Part shown: one piece after another, positions 47,518 to 56,855 of the stretch
How positions within the stretch are numbered: the stretch's first letter is position 1
Layout of the letters: every line of letters starts with the position of its first letter
NCBI GenBank assembly: GCA_934101645.1
Contig: CAKORX010000003.1
Span: forward strand, 5,179 to 69,178
Reading direction: 5' to 3'
DNA: 64,000 bases
Origin: an uncultured Bacilli bacterium
Lineage (GTDB): Bacteria > Bacillota_I > Bacilli_A > RF39 > UBA660
The notes under the pieces: generated by a model
What the model saw: the letters and a program-made list of their open reading frames with translations, nothing else
The model's database searches: none
What the model was told of the DNA's origin: nothing
Made by a program: the position numbers and the translations under genes

Positions 47518-48484
47518 TATTAAATTTAATAATGTTTATATTAAAGATTATTTTACTTTAGTAGGTCCCAAAGAAAAAGATAGTAAGATAACAAATTATG
47601 ATTTAGGTTTTAAAGATAGTTATTTTGGTGAAAAAACCTTTGAACTTGCGGAAATTAAAATGCAAAAAGTAGTTATTCAAAATCTACTTAATAAAAATAA
47701 TTTAAGTGAAAATAGTATAAATTATGTAGTAGGTGGAGATTTAATTAATCAGATTGCTATAACAAGTTATACTATGATGGATTATTTAATTCCTTTTGTG
47801 GGAGTTTATGCAGCTTGTGCTACTTTTCCATTATCAGTAATATTAGGAGCAAATCTAATAGAGAGTAAAAATGCTAAAAATATTATCACTCTTACTTCCT
47901 CGCACAATTTAACTGCCGAAAGACAATATCGATATCCTGTTGAATATGGTTCGCCGAAACCTAAAACATCAACATGTACTTTAACTTCGAGTGTTGGTGC
48001 GCTTCTATCTAACGATAAAACAAATATCAAAATTTCTGGTGGACTAATCGGCAAAGTTATAAACTTAGGAATCAATGATGTAAATCATATGGGAGCTATA
48101 ATGGCTCCAGCCTGTGCTGATACAATACATACATTTTTAGAAAATAGTAAAGAAAATGTGAAAGATTATGACTTAATTTTAACAGGAGATTTAGGAAGTG
48201 TAGGTTTAGAAATTTTAAAGGAATATTATGAAAGGGTTTATGGTAGTCGTTTAACAAAAATAATGGATGCTGGTAGTGAGATATTTTTAGCAAGTGATAT
48301 GTTTTCAGGTGGTTCTGGACCTTGCTGTTTACCTCTTATATTTTTTACTAAAATACTTAAGAATAAACGTTATAAAAAAATTCTTCTTGTAGGAAGTGGT
48401 TCTTTGCATACAACAGTTTTAGTAAATCAACATCAAACAGTTCCTGCAATAAGCCATTTAGTTAAAATTGAGGTGATATCATGA
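47510..48484 (+). CDS. spoVAD: stage V sporulation protein AD
   Basis: 324 aa, thiolase/KAS-like fold with an active-site Cys region (...YAACATF...). Conserved order AC-AD-AEb. Confidence 0.8.
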   Translation: MGNIKFNNVYIKDYFTLVGPKEKDSKITNYDLGFKDSYFGEKTFELAEIKMQKVVIQNLLNKNNLSENSINYVVGGDLINQIAITSYTMMDYLIPFVGVYAACATFPLSVILGANLIESKNAKNIITLTSSHNLTAERQYRYPVEYGSPKPKTSTCTLTSSVGALLSNDKTNIKISGGLIGKVINLGINDVNHMGAIMAPACADTIHTFLENSKENVKDYDLILTGDLGSVGLEILKEYYERVYGSRLTKIMDAGSEIFLASDMFSGGSGPCCLPLIFFTKILKNKRYKKILLVGSGSLHTTVLVNQHQTVPAISHLVKIEVIS

Positions 48485-48831
48485 TTTATTTAAATTCATT
48501 TTTATTTGCTGGCTTTATTTGCATGTTAGGACAAATAATACTTGATAATTCCAAACTTACTCCGGGACATATAACTTCAATATTTACTGTAGTTGGCGTT
48601 CTTCTATCATTTTTTGAAATCTATCCATCATTAGTGGAAAAATGCGGAATTGGAGCAACCTCATTAATAATTAATTTTGGAAATATGCTTTTTTTAGGGG
48701 GAATGGAAGGTTTCGAAGAAAGTGGGCTAATCGGAATTTTTTCGGGACTTCTTTGTAAAAGTTCATTAGCAATAACTGGAGCAATAGTATTTGCTTTTAT
48801 AATTACAATATTTTGTAAACCAAAAAATTAA
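48481..48831 (+). CDS. spoVAEB: stage V sporulation protein AEb
   Basis: 116 aa, 3 TM, ...GHITSIFTVVG...GATSLIINFGNMLFLGG.... Confidence 0.8.
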   Translation: MIYLNSFLFAGFICMLGQIILDNSKLTPGHITSIFTVVGVLLSFFEIYPSLVEKCGIGATSLIINFGNMLFLGGMEGFEESGLIGIFSGLLCKSSLAITGAIVFAFIITIFCKPKN

Positions 48832-48841
48832 CATAAAAAAA

Positions 48842-48880
48842 GGAAAATATTCATTTAGTACTAGGAATATTTTCTTTTTT
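48842..48880 (+). terminator. strong rho-independent terminator after the spoVA genes
   Basis: 10-bp perfect stem GAAAATATTC / GAATATTTTC followed by T6. Confidence 0.7.
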
Positions 48881-48910
48881 ATGTCATAATTATAATAGAG
48901 GTATGATAAT

Positions 48911-49900
48911 ATGGAAGAAAATAACGATTTTAAAATTGAGTTACCAAAAGTAAATGAAGAAAATAATAATGCATCTGTATCAGAACCAGTTGTGCAAATG
49001 CCTACTATAGAACCTTCTGTACAGCCGGCAATATCTAATGAGCCTACAAGTGAAGTAACTATGGAGCCAGTAGTTGAAACTCCAGTTGTTACAAGTCCAG
49101 AGGTTTCAATGGAAAGTACTCCAGAAACTTATAGTGAACCAGTATCACCGGTTACTATGATGCCAGAAGTTGAAGTTCCAACTGAAGTGCAAACTCCAGT
49201 AGTAGAACAAACTCCAACATCTGTAGAACCTGCGGTACAAATGCCTAGTGTGGAACCAGCTGTGGAGCCAGTAGTTGAAACTCCAGTTGTTACAAGTCCA
49301 GAGATTTCAATGGAAAGCACTCCAGAAACTTATAGTGAACCAGTATCACCGGTTACTATGATGCCAGAAGTTGAAGTTCCATCAGAAGTGCAAACTCCTG
49401 TAGTAGAACAAACTCCAACATCTGTAGAACCAACTATAGATGTAGCTCCTGCAACTTCAGAAATTTCTATGCCTGAAGTTGAAACTCCAGTAAATAGTGA
49501 AGTTACTTCAGCACCAGTAGAACCAGCGCAAACACAAGTAAGTGCACCTGAACAAACTACTTATGAAGCTGTTCAAACTCCAAATGTGGACGTAGCACAA
49601 GAACAACCTTCTGAAATGCAGTCATCTGTTTCAGAACCTGCTACTGAAGTACCTGAAACTCCAGTTTCAACAATTGCGGAAACACCTGCACAACCTGAAC
49701 TAGCACAAAATGTTAATTTTAATCAAACTGCTCCTGTGATGGAAAGTGCTCCTGTTATGGAAGGACAAACAGAAAATAATAATAAAACTGAGTTACCAAA
49801 AGTTAGTAAGCCAGTTAAAATTATTTGTACTGTCGCAGTAATTGTTGTAGCGTTATTGATTATTTACTTTCTTGTAAGAAACTTTTTCTTAGTTAAATAA
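48911..49900 (+). CDS. P/T/E/V-rich low-complexity surface protein with C-terminal TM anchor and internal 67-aa tandem duplication
   Basis: 329 aa. Two near-identical 67-aa repeats (PVVETPVVTSPE[VI]SMESTPETYSEPVSPVTMMPEVEVP[TS]EVQTPVVEQTPTSVEP). C-terminal hydrophobic helix IICTVAVIVVALLIIYFLV. Confidence 0.6.
   Translation: MEENNDFKIELPKVNEENNNASVSEPVVQMPTIEPSVQPAISNEPTSEVTMEPVVETPVVTSPEVSMESTPETYSEPVSPVTMMPEVEVPTEVQTPVVEQTPTSVEPAVQMPSVEPAVEPVVETPVVTSPEISMESTPETYSEPVSPVTMMPEVEVPSEVQTPVVEQTPTSVEPTIDVAPATSEISMPEVETPVNSEVTSAPVEPAQTQVSAPEQTTYEAVQTPNVDVAQEQPSEMQSSVSEPATEVPETPVSTIAETPAQPELAQNVNFNQTAPVMESAPVMEGQTENNNKTELPKVSKPVKIICTVAVIVVALLIIYFLVRNFFLVK
49064..49431 (+). repeat. 201-bp direct tandem duplication (2 copies, >95% identical)
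   Basis: GAGCCAGTAGTTGAAACTCCAGTTGTTACAAGTCCAGAG... at 49064 recurs at 49265 (period 201 bp) with a handful of substitutions. Confidence 0.9.
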
Positions 49901-50252
49901 CTTTTATAATTTGATTAAATAAAATAGTTTTATTTTCAAAATAGATTTTACGATAAGTAGGGTCTATTTTTTTTATGTATCCATTTATATTTTCAATATT
50001 TCCATTTTTATAATAAAAAACCTTTATTTTTACATTACTATAAAAAGCTAATATTAAAGTTTTTTCAATATTAATAACTTGTTCTTCAGAAAGGATAGGC
50101 ATTTTAATTTTACTTTTTTCTTTTAAAATACTATTTACAACTTCTTTGCTAGAAATAACTGAGTTAAATGGCATCCATTTAATAATACCACGTTCAATAT
50201 TATGCATTATGACCACCAACTTTTTTATTACGCTCTTTAATTGTTGAGTCAC
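49893..50252 (-). CDS. YolD-like protein
   Basis: About 105-119 aa, ...MPILSEEQVINIEKTLILAFYSNVKIKVFYY.... It overlaps the 3' end of the Y-family polymerase gene as yolD/yqjX do in Bacillus. The true start is probably an internal Met near 50204. Confidence 0.55.
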   Translation of the reverse strand: MTQQLKSVIKKLVVIMHNIERGIIKWMPFNSVISSKEVVNSILKEKSKIKMPILSEEQVINIEKTLILAFYSNVKIKVFYYKNGNIENINGYIKKIDPTYRKIYFENKTILFNQIIKVI

Positions 50253-51462
50253 TTAATAAACTTGAAGCTTTTAAAACACTATTTTTTCCAAATTTTTTCT
50301 TAATTTCATCAATTACTTCATTAATATTATCCTCTTTTTTTATATCATCATAATTTTCAAATAAATTTAATTGAGTACCACTTTTAGAAATTAAAGAACC
50401 AGCACAAACAGTTACTTTTCTAATAGGAAGTTTTTCGTAATATCTATCAAAAATAATATTAGCATATTTAATAAAATCACTTGCTTTATCAGTCGGGCAA
50501 TCAAGTTTAATATTATGATAAAAACCTCCGGGTGTATTTTTAGAATAACTTATTCCTAAACCAAAAACTTTACATTCTTTATTATTTTTTCTTAATCTTT
50601 CAGTTAAGTTATCAATCATTTCATTTATTATTATAAAAATATTATTTTCATTATAGTCCTTAAATAAAACTTGTGAGTTAGAGTAGGACTTATCTTTAGA
50701 AATTTTATTAAATTCAGATATTTCACTATTATCAATACCATTTGCATGATTCCAAAGCTCAAGTCCAATAATTCCAAATTTATCCTTTAAAATACCTGGT
50801 TTCATTTTTGCTAAATCGCCAATAGAAAAAATGCCCATAGAATTTAAATTTCTTTCCATATTTTTGCCAATGCCCCACATATCACTTAAAGGTTTAATAT
50901 TCCACAGTTTTGTAGGTACATCTTCATATCCCCATTTACTAATGCAATCTTTGTTGTGTTTTGCTTCAATATCCATGGAAACTTTTGCTAAAAGCATATT
51001 TGGACCAATTCCGCATGTTGCCGTCAAACCAGTTACGTTTTTTACTTTATCTAAAATTTCTAATGCAAGTTCATAATCAGTTTTTTTATATAATTTTAAG
51101 TAATGAGTGACGTCTAAAAAACATTCATCAATTGAATAAATATGTAAATCTTCTTTAGCAACATAATCTAAATAAACACTAACAACTTCTTTACTTTTAG
51201 CAATGTAATAATTCATATGAGGCATAATTATATCATATTTAATCTTTTTATCTATTTCAAATATTCTTCCTCGAGAGGGAACTCCTAAAGTTTTTAGATA
51301 TGGTGTAACAGCTAAAGTGATAGCTCCATCACCTTGATTAGGATTTGCTACAACCAAAGGATATGAAAATGGATCTTTATTAAGTCTTATGCACTCACAT
51401 GAAGCAAAAAAACTTTTTAAGTCGATACAAAGAATATGTCTTTCTTTAAATAACTCTTTCAT
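50200..51462 (-). CDS. Y-family (UmuC/DinB-like) translesion DNA polymerase
   Basis: ...ILCIDLKSFFASCECI... (palm motif I), SIDECFLDVT (catalytic Asp/Glu) and little-finger region. AGGAGG lies before ATG 51462. The track extends to TTG 51489. Confidence 0.8.
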   Translation of the reverse strand: MKELFKERHILCIDLKSFFASCECIRLNKDPFSYPLVVANPNQGDGAITLAVTPYLKTLGVPSRGRIFEIDKKIKYDIIMPHMNYYIAKSKEVVSVYLDYVAKEDLHIYSIDECFLDVTHYLKLYKKTDYELALEILDKVKNVTGLTATCGIGPNMLLAKVSMDIEAKHNKDCISKWGYEDVPTKLWNIKPLSDMWGIGKNMERNLNSMGIFSIGDLAKMKPGILKDKFGIIGLELWNHANGIDNSEISEFNKISKDKSYSNSQVLFKDYNENNIFIIINEMIDNLTERLRKNNKECKVFGLGISYSKNTPGGFYHNIKLDCPTDKASDFIKYANIIFDRYYEKLPIRKVTVCAGSLISKSGTQLNLFENYDDIKKEDNINEVIDEIKKKFGKNSVLKASSLLSDSTIKERNKKVGGHNA

Positions 51463-51474
51463 AATCCTCCTTGC

Positions 51475-51486
51475 AAACAAATGTTT
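51475..51486 (-). promoter_or_regulatory. candidate LexA (Cheo-like) box AAACAAATGTTT
   Basis: A perfect 12-nt palindrome matching the half-site pattern xAAC-N4-GTTx lies immediately upstream of the Y-family polymerase start. Confidence 0.35.
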
Positions 51487-51599
51487 CAATTACATTATAT
51501 CTAAAATATAAAAAAATTCAACTGGTAAATATATGAAATTTTTTCTTGTAAAAATTATAATTGAATGTTAAAATAAGTTTGTAAATCGATTATGAAAGA

Positions 51600-51790
51600 T
51601 TAGTAATAAATATGTTATTTTTAAGAGAGTTAGTGCTTGGTGGAAACTAATAAATAAATATTTATGAATCTACTTTCTAGAAAGTCTAATCAACTTCGGG
51701 TAATTTCCGTTAAAGAATAATTAAGTAATATAAAGGATGGCACCGCAGAATTGCTCCTTAAGGAGTGATTTGGTGTTTTTTTATTGAAAG
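51600..51790 (+). promoter_or_regulatory. T-box riboswitch leader upstream of serS
   Basis: Stem-I-like AGAGAG...GGTGGAAAC, T-box-like AAAGGATGGCACCGCAG at 51733-51749, and a terminator-like hairpin plus T7 before the RBS. Confidence 0.6.
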
Positions 51791-51802
51791 GAAGGATATA
51801 AA

Positions 51803-53092
51803 ATGATAGATATTAATTTAATAAGAGAAAACAAGGAATTAGTAAAGGAAAATATTAAGAAAAAATTTCAAGATGAAAAGCTTGCTTTAGTTGATGAAAT
51901 CGAAGAAAAAGATAAAAAGTTTAGAGAAACTAAAACTAAAGCAGATGAACTAAGATGTGAAAAAAATAATATTAGTGCAAAAATTGGTGAATATGTAAGA
52001 AATAAAGAATTTGATAAAGTAGAGGAAGCTAAAAAAAGAGTAAATGAAATTAATACTGAAATAGCCAATCTTACAAATGAAGAAGAAAGATTACAAAGTT
52101 ATATTAGAGATAAAATGCTTTTAATACCAAATATTATTGATCCTAGTGTACCAATAGGAAAAGACGATAGTGCAAATGTAGAAAATGAGCGTTTCGGTGA
52201 ACCTAAAGTTCCAAACTATGAAATACCATATCATGCTGATATTATGGAAAGACTTAATGGACTTGATAAGGAAAGTGCAGGAAGAACGTCTGGAGAAGGA
52301 TTTTATTATTTAACCGGTGATATAGCAAGAATCCATAGTGCAATGCTTTCTTATGCAAGAGATTTTATGATAGATAGGGGCTTTACTTATTGCATTCCAC
52401 CATTTATGATTCATTCATCAGTAGTTGAAGGAGTAATGTCTTTCCCAGAAATGGAAGCAATGATGTATAAAATTGAAGGTGAAGATTTATATTTAATAGG
52501 AACAAGTGAGCATTCAATGATAGGAAGATTTTTAGGTCAAATTGTTGATGAAAAATCACTTCCTATAGCACTTACTTCATACTCTCCATGTTTTAGAAAA
52601 GAAGGCGGTGCTCATGGCCTTGAAGAAAAGGGCGTTTATAGAGTTCATCAATTTGAAAAACAAGAAATGATAGTTTTATGTAAGCCTGAAGATGCTTTTA
52701 ATTGGTATGACAAAATGTGGAAAGCAACAGTTGAATTATTTAGAAGTTTAGATATACCAGTAAGAACTCTTGAATGCTGTAGCGGCGATCTAGCAGATCT
52801 TAAAGTTAAATCATGTGATGTAGAAGCATGGAGCCCAAGACAACAAAAATATTTTGAAGTAGGAAGTTGTTCTAATTTATCTGACGCTCAAGCACGTAGA
52901 TTACAAATAAGAACTAAAGGTGAAAATGGAACATATTATGTTCATACATTAAATAATACAGTACTTGCTTCTCCAAGAGCGTTAATTGCTTTTGTAGAAA
53001 ATAATTATAATGAAGATGGAAGTATTAATATTCCAGTAGCATTAAGACCATATATTGGTGGTTTAGAAGTTATTAAACCAAATAAAAAATAA
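51803..53092 (+). CDS. serS: serine--tRNA ligase
   Basis: N-terminal coiled-coil arm and class II motifs (...FRKEGGAHGLEEKGVYRVHQFEKQE...). 429 aa. Confidence 0.9.
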   Translation: MIDINLIRENKELVKENIKKKFQDEKLALVDEIEEKDKKFRETKTKADELRCEKNNISAKIGEYVRNKEFDKVEEAKKRVNEINTEIANLTNEEERLQSYIRDKMLLIPNIIDPSVPIGKDDSANVENERFGEPKVPNYEIPYHADIMERLNGLDKESAGRTSGEGFYYLTGDIARIHSAMLSYARDFMIDRGFTYCIPPFMIHSSVVEGVMSFPEMEAMMYKIEGEDLYLIGTSEHSMIGRFLGQIVDEKSLPIALTSYSPCFRKEGGAHGLEEKGVYRVHQFEKQEMIVLCKPEDAFNWYDKMWKATVELFRSLDIPVRTLECCSGDLADLKVKSCDVEAWSPRQQKYFEVGSCSNLSDAQARRLQIRTKGENGTYYVHTLNNTVLASPRALIAFVENNYNEDGSINIPVALRPYIGGLEVIKPNKK

Positions 53093-53109
53093 TTAATTTT
53101 GAGTATGAA

Positions 53110-53136
53110 TTACATACTCTTTTTTTTGCTTAAAAT
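53110..53136 (+). terminator. rho-independent terminator after serS
   Basis: GAGTATG-aattac-CATACTC hairpin followed by T8. Confidence 0.7.
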
Positions 53137-53696
53137 TAAGATGTAAAGAACTGTTATGAGTGATTATTATTTATGAGATAGAAATTTATCATATAAAGCA
53201 TATCTTTATTTAATGACCGGGACTATTTTATGGATAGACTTTGTGCAATTAATAAAGAAAGTAGGAATGGTATAAGCTCAATAATAAAAGAATAACCACG
53301 TTTCTTGGAAAAAATAGAAACGAGGTTCATATCAAATTTCTTTATTTTTTTCAGCAATGCCACTTTATGTTTAATTTTTTTAAAGAGGACAAACTAGAAT
53401 TGCTCATGTGATATTGAAAATTATAACGGAAATATATCTGTGGATACCTTTGAAAATATTGGTAGATGTTTAAAAGTAGAATATAATAATGAATATGTTT
53501 CTTTTAACAGTGTTATTTATACTTTAAAAGAAAATAATATTGTATTTATTAATAGTACAAGTGATGATGTTATTTATTTTAATAGAATAAGGTAATTAAA
53601 TAGATAAACAACGTATAAAAACAAATAAATTTTATACATTCTTTTGACGTATAAATAAATCTATGATAGCATATTTATATAGTCACAGGTGAAGTT

Positions 53697-56600
53697 ATGG
53701 GTATATTAGATATTTTAAAAGATAATTTGGTTATATCAAGGATAAGTAGAAAATCAAATTTAGAAATAGAGCAATTAGTTAATTTAACTGATAATCAACT
53801 AAAAAAATTAATGAGCAATAAAGAGATTTATTTGATTGATTTAGGAAAAATATCTTCATATGATTTGCTAAAAAAACTTATTGAACTTTATAAATTTTCA
53901 AAGGATGATTATAAAAGTGTCAGTTTACTTTTAAGTATGGCTGATGAAAAAATGTATAAAATTTTAGAAACAAGCAATGTTTCAAATATTAAAAATAACT
54001 TGTGCGAAGAAAGCATTAAAAAATTTATATCAGAGCCTTCATATACAATAGATATTAATTTATTTTCTGAAGAATTTATAAAGGAACACGATGATATTTT
54101 TCTAGTTAATACGCTTCCGGAAGATATCAGAAAAAAATATTATGAAAAGAAGATTACTGAAAAAGATTTGTTAGATAATATTGAAGTATTGTGTAAGGTA
54201 AAATATCAAAATATAATTTTAGATAACGTAAATTATAAAGATGATAATTCTAAAAATTTTATTTTAAAACTAGGATTAGATGGTTTAGAAAAAATTACTA
54301 GCAATTTAGGAGCAAATTTTTATCGTATTTATAACGATCAAAACAAAATGGAAGAAATGTGTAAATTCCTAGAGCAAAAAAATCCGAATGATTATTATAT
54401 AGGTGTTGTAAATTATTTATATACTGATGAAGAGTTTTTAAGTGCTTTAGGTATTCAGCAATTTAATAATGAACTGAATTTTTATGGTCAATATTATCTT
54501 GAAAAAATAAATAAAAATAATATTAATAAAATAGATTTAACAAATTATTTTAATAAAGTTTTTTCTGATTATCAAAGAGAAAGTAGTTTTTATAATTTTA
54601 TGAAAAATATGATAACTATTTTATCAAGAAATGAAACTATAAATAGTACTGAAGAATTATTTGAAAAAGTGGCAGTAGCTACAGCTAAAGAAAAAGGAGA
54701 TAATTCACAAGAATTTACTAGTGAATTCATAAAAACTCATCAGCAATATTTTTTGCCAAATGATGCTCCAGATACACTTAAAGAAAAATTTTATAATAAA
54801 TCTCTAACATATAAAGATGTATTAGATAATCTTGCATATTTTTCTAATACGAATATATCATTAGCTTTTTTTGATGAAACAGATAATCGATGTGGTTTAT
54901 TTGATAATAATCTTTTTCTAAAGATGCTTCAGATTTGTGATGGTAATTTGAAAAACTTAAATTGCACTTTCTTTGAAAATATTTTATCTCGACCAGATTC
55001 CAAAATTAATTTTATATCATCTTATGATGAATTTTTATCAATATTTGAAAAGTATTATATGAGTAATGGTATACCAATCAAAGATTTTGAGATTTTAAAA
55101 AAGATTGGTTTTAATAAAAGTTATTTAAACGAAATCGAAGAAAATATTAAAAATTATAATCTACAAAAAGATAACATCAAGTGTGATCTTCGTCTTTTTA
55201 CTAATAATATTATGAAAAAATTTGATATTAATATTATAAAAGCACTTATGACTTATTACCATAGTGGAGCTGTTTCTTTATTAATAAATTATAGCAATGA
55301 TGATGTAATTGTAAATAAAATTAATACTTTGCTAGCACTATTAAGTAAAAGCGATAATAATTTTATTAATGGTAAAAATATAAATTATATTATTCTTTCA
55401 TTTGACAAATGTAGAAGTCTTTTTGATAGTATTATAAAAAATAATACTGTTTTAAATGAAGTACAAATAAAAAACTTAAATGATATTTTAGCTAATAGAA
55501 ATAAATATAATATAGAAAATATTGAGCAGTTAACAAATTACAGTACATATAAGAAAAAAATATTAAATGAAAAACTTGAAAGTAGTAATTTGACCGATGT
55601 ACAATCTGCGATTACTGAATGTTTGTTTTCAATCGACAGAGAATCAATTATTGATTTAAATTCTGTTTATGGTATTTTTAAAGATAAAATGTATCTAAAA
55701 AAAATACAGCCATATTTACCTGTTGATATTGCTGCTGCATTAGAAATAATAAAAGAGGTTTATAATAACTCTGATATTAATAATTTAAAAGCAATATTTG
55801 ATAATTGTATGGAGTTAGGAAATGTTGGTATTAATGCTGTACAAATTAAAACAGCTCTTCGAAATGCATATGAAAAACTTTATATTAGTGAATTATTTAA
55901 AGGTGAAGGAAATAGGGAATACTATATAAATGGGGTTAATAGTGATATATGTACTCATAATGTAAATGGTGAAAAAATTTCATCAGAAAATACTATTAAA
56001 GTAGTTGAACTTAATGACAAGCCATTTAAATTAATAGTACATCATATATTTGTTGGTTCACCAGATCCTTTGTTTAAAGATATTCCTAGTAGAATAATTA
56101 AAAATCCTGAAATTTGGAATACTAAAGAGGGAGCAACTACATTATCTACTACCATAATTTCAAATTCTTGTATTAAAACATTTGGTGTAAATCAACCAGG
56201 GTCCCATATATATTATGGATTTAATGAATTACCATTTGATGTTTTAAGAGGTACTTTTCCAGCAGATGCGGGTACTTTACATGGAGGAGGCCAACTTGAG
56301 GCATTAAGTGGTGCCTACCAAATAAATACACTAGATTATTTAATTAATGTTACAACTGCTCATTCACCTTATAATGAAATTGTATTAATGCGAAGAAGTC
56401 CTATTAAAAATAAATTTGATGGTAGAATTCAACCTAATTGTATTGTTACTTTTGATGATAACATTGATGAATATACAAAATTAGCGGCTCAATATTTTAA
56501 TGTTCCAATTTATAAAATTAATTATAATAAGTATTGGGAAATTAATAGGCAAAACATTGATAAATATTTAAATGGAAAAATAGAAAAATTTGATAATGAT

Positions 56601-56855
56601 GATATAGAAATGATTTTTTCTACTGATTTTGGAAGTTTAAATAGAAATGTAAACAAAGTAGAAATGTGTATTCAACTATTAAAAAAAGCACTAAATGAAA
56701 ATCTAATAAATAATGAACAATATTATGATAGGGTGCAACATATTTTAGATTATGTTGAGGAGAATGGTATAATAATACAACCAGATGATTTAATCAAACT
56801 TAATAGCATTTTAAGTAATAGAATTGAGGTGAATGAAAATGAACTTACAAAATGA
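53697..56855 (+). CDS. 1052-aa orphan protein with internal repeats and an unassigned C-terminal globular domain
   Basis: Long uninterrupted ORF. Repeat units SEEFIKEHDDIFLVNTLPEDIRKKYYEKKITEKDLLDN (aa ~124-166) and SEFIKTHQQYFLPNDAPDTLKEKFYNKSLTYKDVLDN (aa ~342-382). The C-terminal ~270 aa has different composition (HHIFVGSPDP...STTIISNS...HGGGQLEALSGAY...). Confidence 0.55.
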   Translation: MGILDILKDNLVISRISRKSNLEIEQLVNLTDNQLKKLMSNKEIYLIDLGKISSYDLLKKLIELYKFSKDDYKSVSLLLSMADEKMYKILETSNVSNIKNNLCEESIKKFISEPSYTIDINLFSEEFIKEHDDIFLVNTLPEDIRKKYYEKKITEKDLLDNIEVLCKVKYQNIILDNVNYKDDNSKNFILKLGLDGLEKITSNLGANFYRIYNDQNKMEEMCKFLEQKNPNDYYIGVVNYLYTDEEFLSALGIQQFNNELNFYGQYYLEKINKNNINKIDLTNYFNKVFSDYQRESSFYNFMKNMITILSRNETINSTEELFEKVAVATAKEKGDNSQEFTSEFIKTHQQYFLPNDAPDTLKEKFYNKSLTYKDVLDNLAYFSNTNISLAFFDETDNRCGLFDNNLFLKMLQICDGNLKNLNCTFFENILSRPDSKINFISSYDEFLSIFEKYYMSNGIPIKDFEILKKIGFNKSYLNEIEENIKNYNLQKDNIKCDLRLFTNNIMKKFDINIIKALMTYYHSGAVSLLINYSNDDVIVNKINTLLALLSKSDNNFINGKNINYIILSFDKCRSLFDSIIKNNTVLNEVQIKNLNDILANRNKYNIENIEQLTNYSTYKKKILNEKLESSNLTDVQSAITECLFSIDRESIIDLNSVYGIFKDKMYLKKIQPYLPVDIAAALEIIKEVYNNSDINNLKAIFDNCMELGNVGINAVQIKTALRNAYEKLYISELFKGEGNREYYINGVNSDICTHNVNGEKISSENTIKVVELNDKPFKLIVHHIFVGSPDPLFKDIPSRIIKNPEIWNTKEGATTLSTTIISNSCIKTFGVNQPGSHIYYGFNELPFDVLRGTFPADAGTLHGGGQLEALSGAYQINTLDYLINVTTAHSPYNEIVLMRRSPIKNKFDGRIQPNCIVTFDDNIDEYTKLAAQYFNVPIYKINYNKYWEINRQNIDKYLNGKIEKFDNDDIEMIFSTDFGSLNRNVNKVEMCIQLLKKALNENLINNEQYYDRVQHILDYVEENGIIIQPDDLIKLNSILSNRIEVNENELTK

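Noticed and set aside
47806-48293. Minus-strand ORFs inside spoVAD
   Set aside because: Antisense to a conserved sporulation gene.
49129-49320. Minus-strand ORF within the tandem-repeat region
   Set aside because: A G/T/S-rich product arises purely from the complement of the P/E/V/T codons. It is repeat-generated.
50831-51076. Plus-strand ORF within the Y-family polymerase gene
   Set aside because: Antisense shadow frame.
49893-51500. Prophage or integrated element around the Y-family polymerase/YolD pair
   Set aside because: No integrase, repressor or structural phage genes are present, and the flanks are core genes (spoVA, serS).
51868-52068. Antisense ORFs within serS (and 59243-59614, 61764-62054 within the ABC genes; 22340-22525, 24767-24979, 25772-25978, 30352-30552, 35347-35550, 18389-18571)
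   Set aside because: All are antisense to well-supported genes and lack RBS and motifs.
56000-56500. Calling the C-terminal domain of the 1052-aa protein an ADP-ribosyltransferase
   Set aside because: An R...STT...QxE order is present but the spacing is atypical and no flanking aromatic/R motif is clear. It is kept as a hypothesis in findings rather than annotated.
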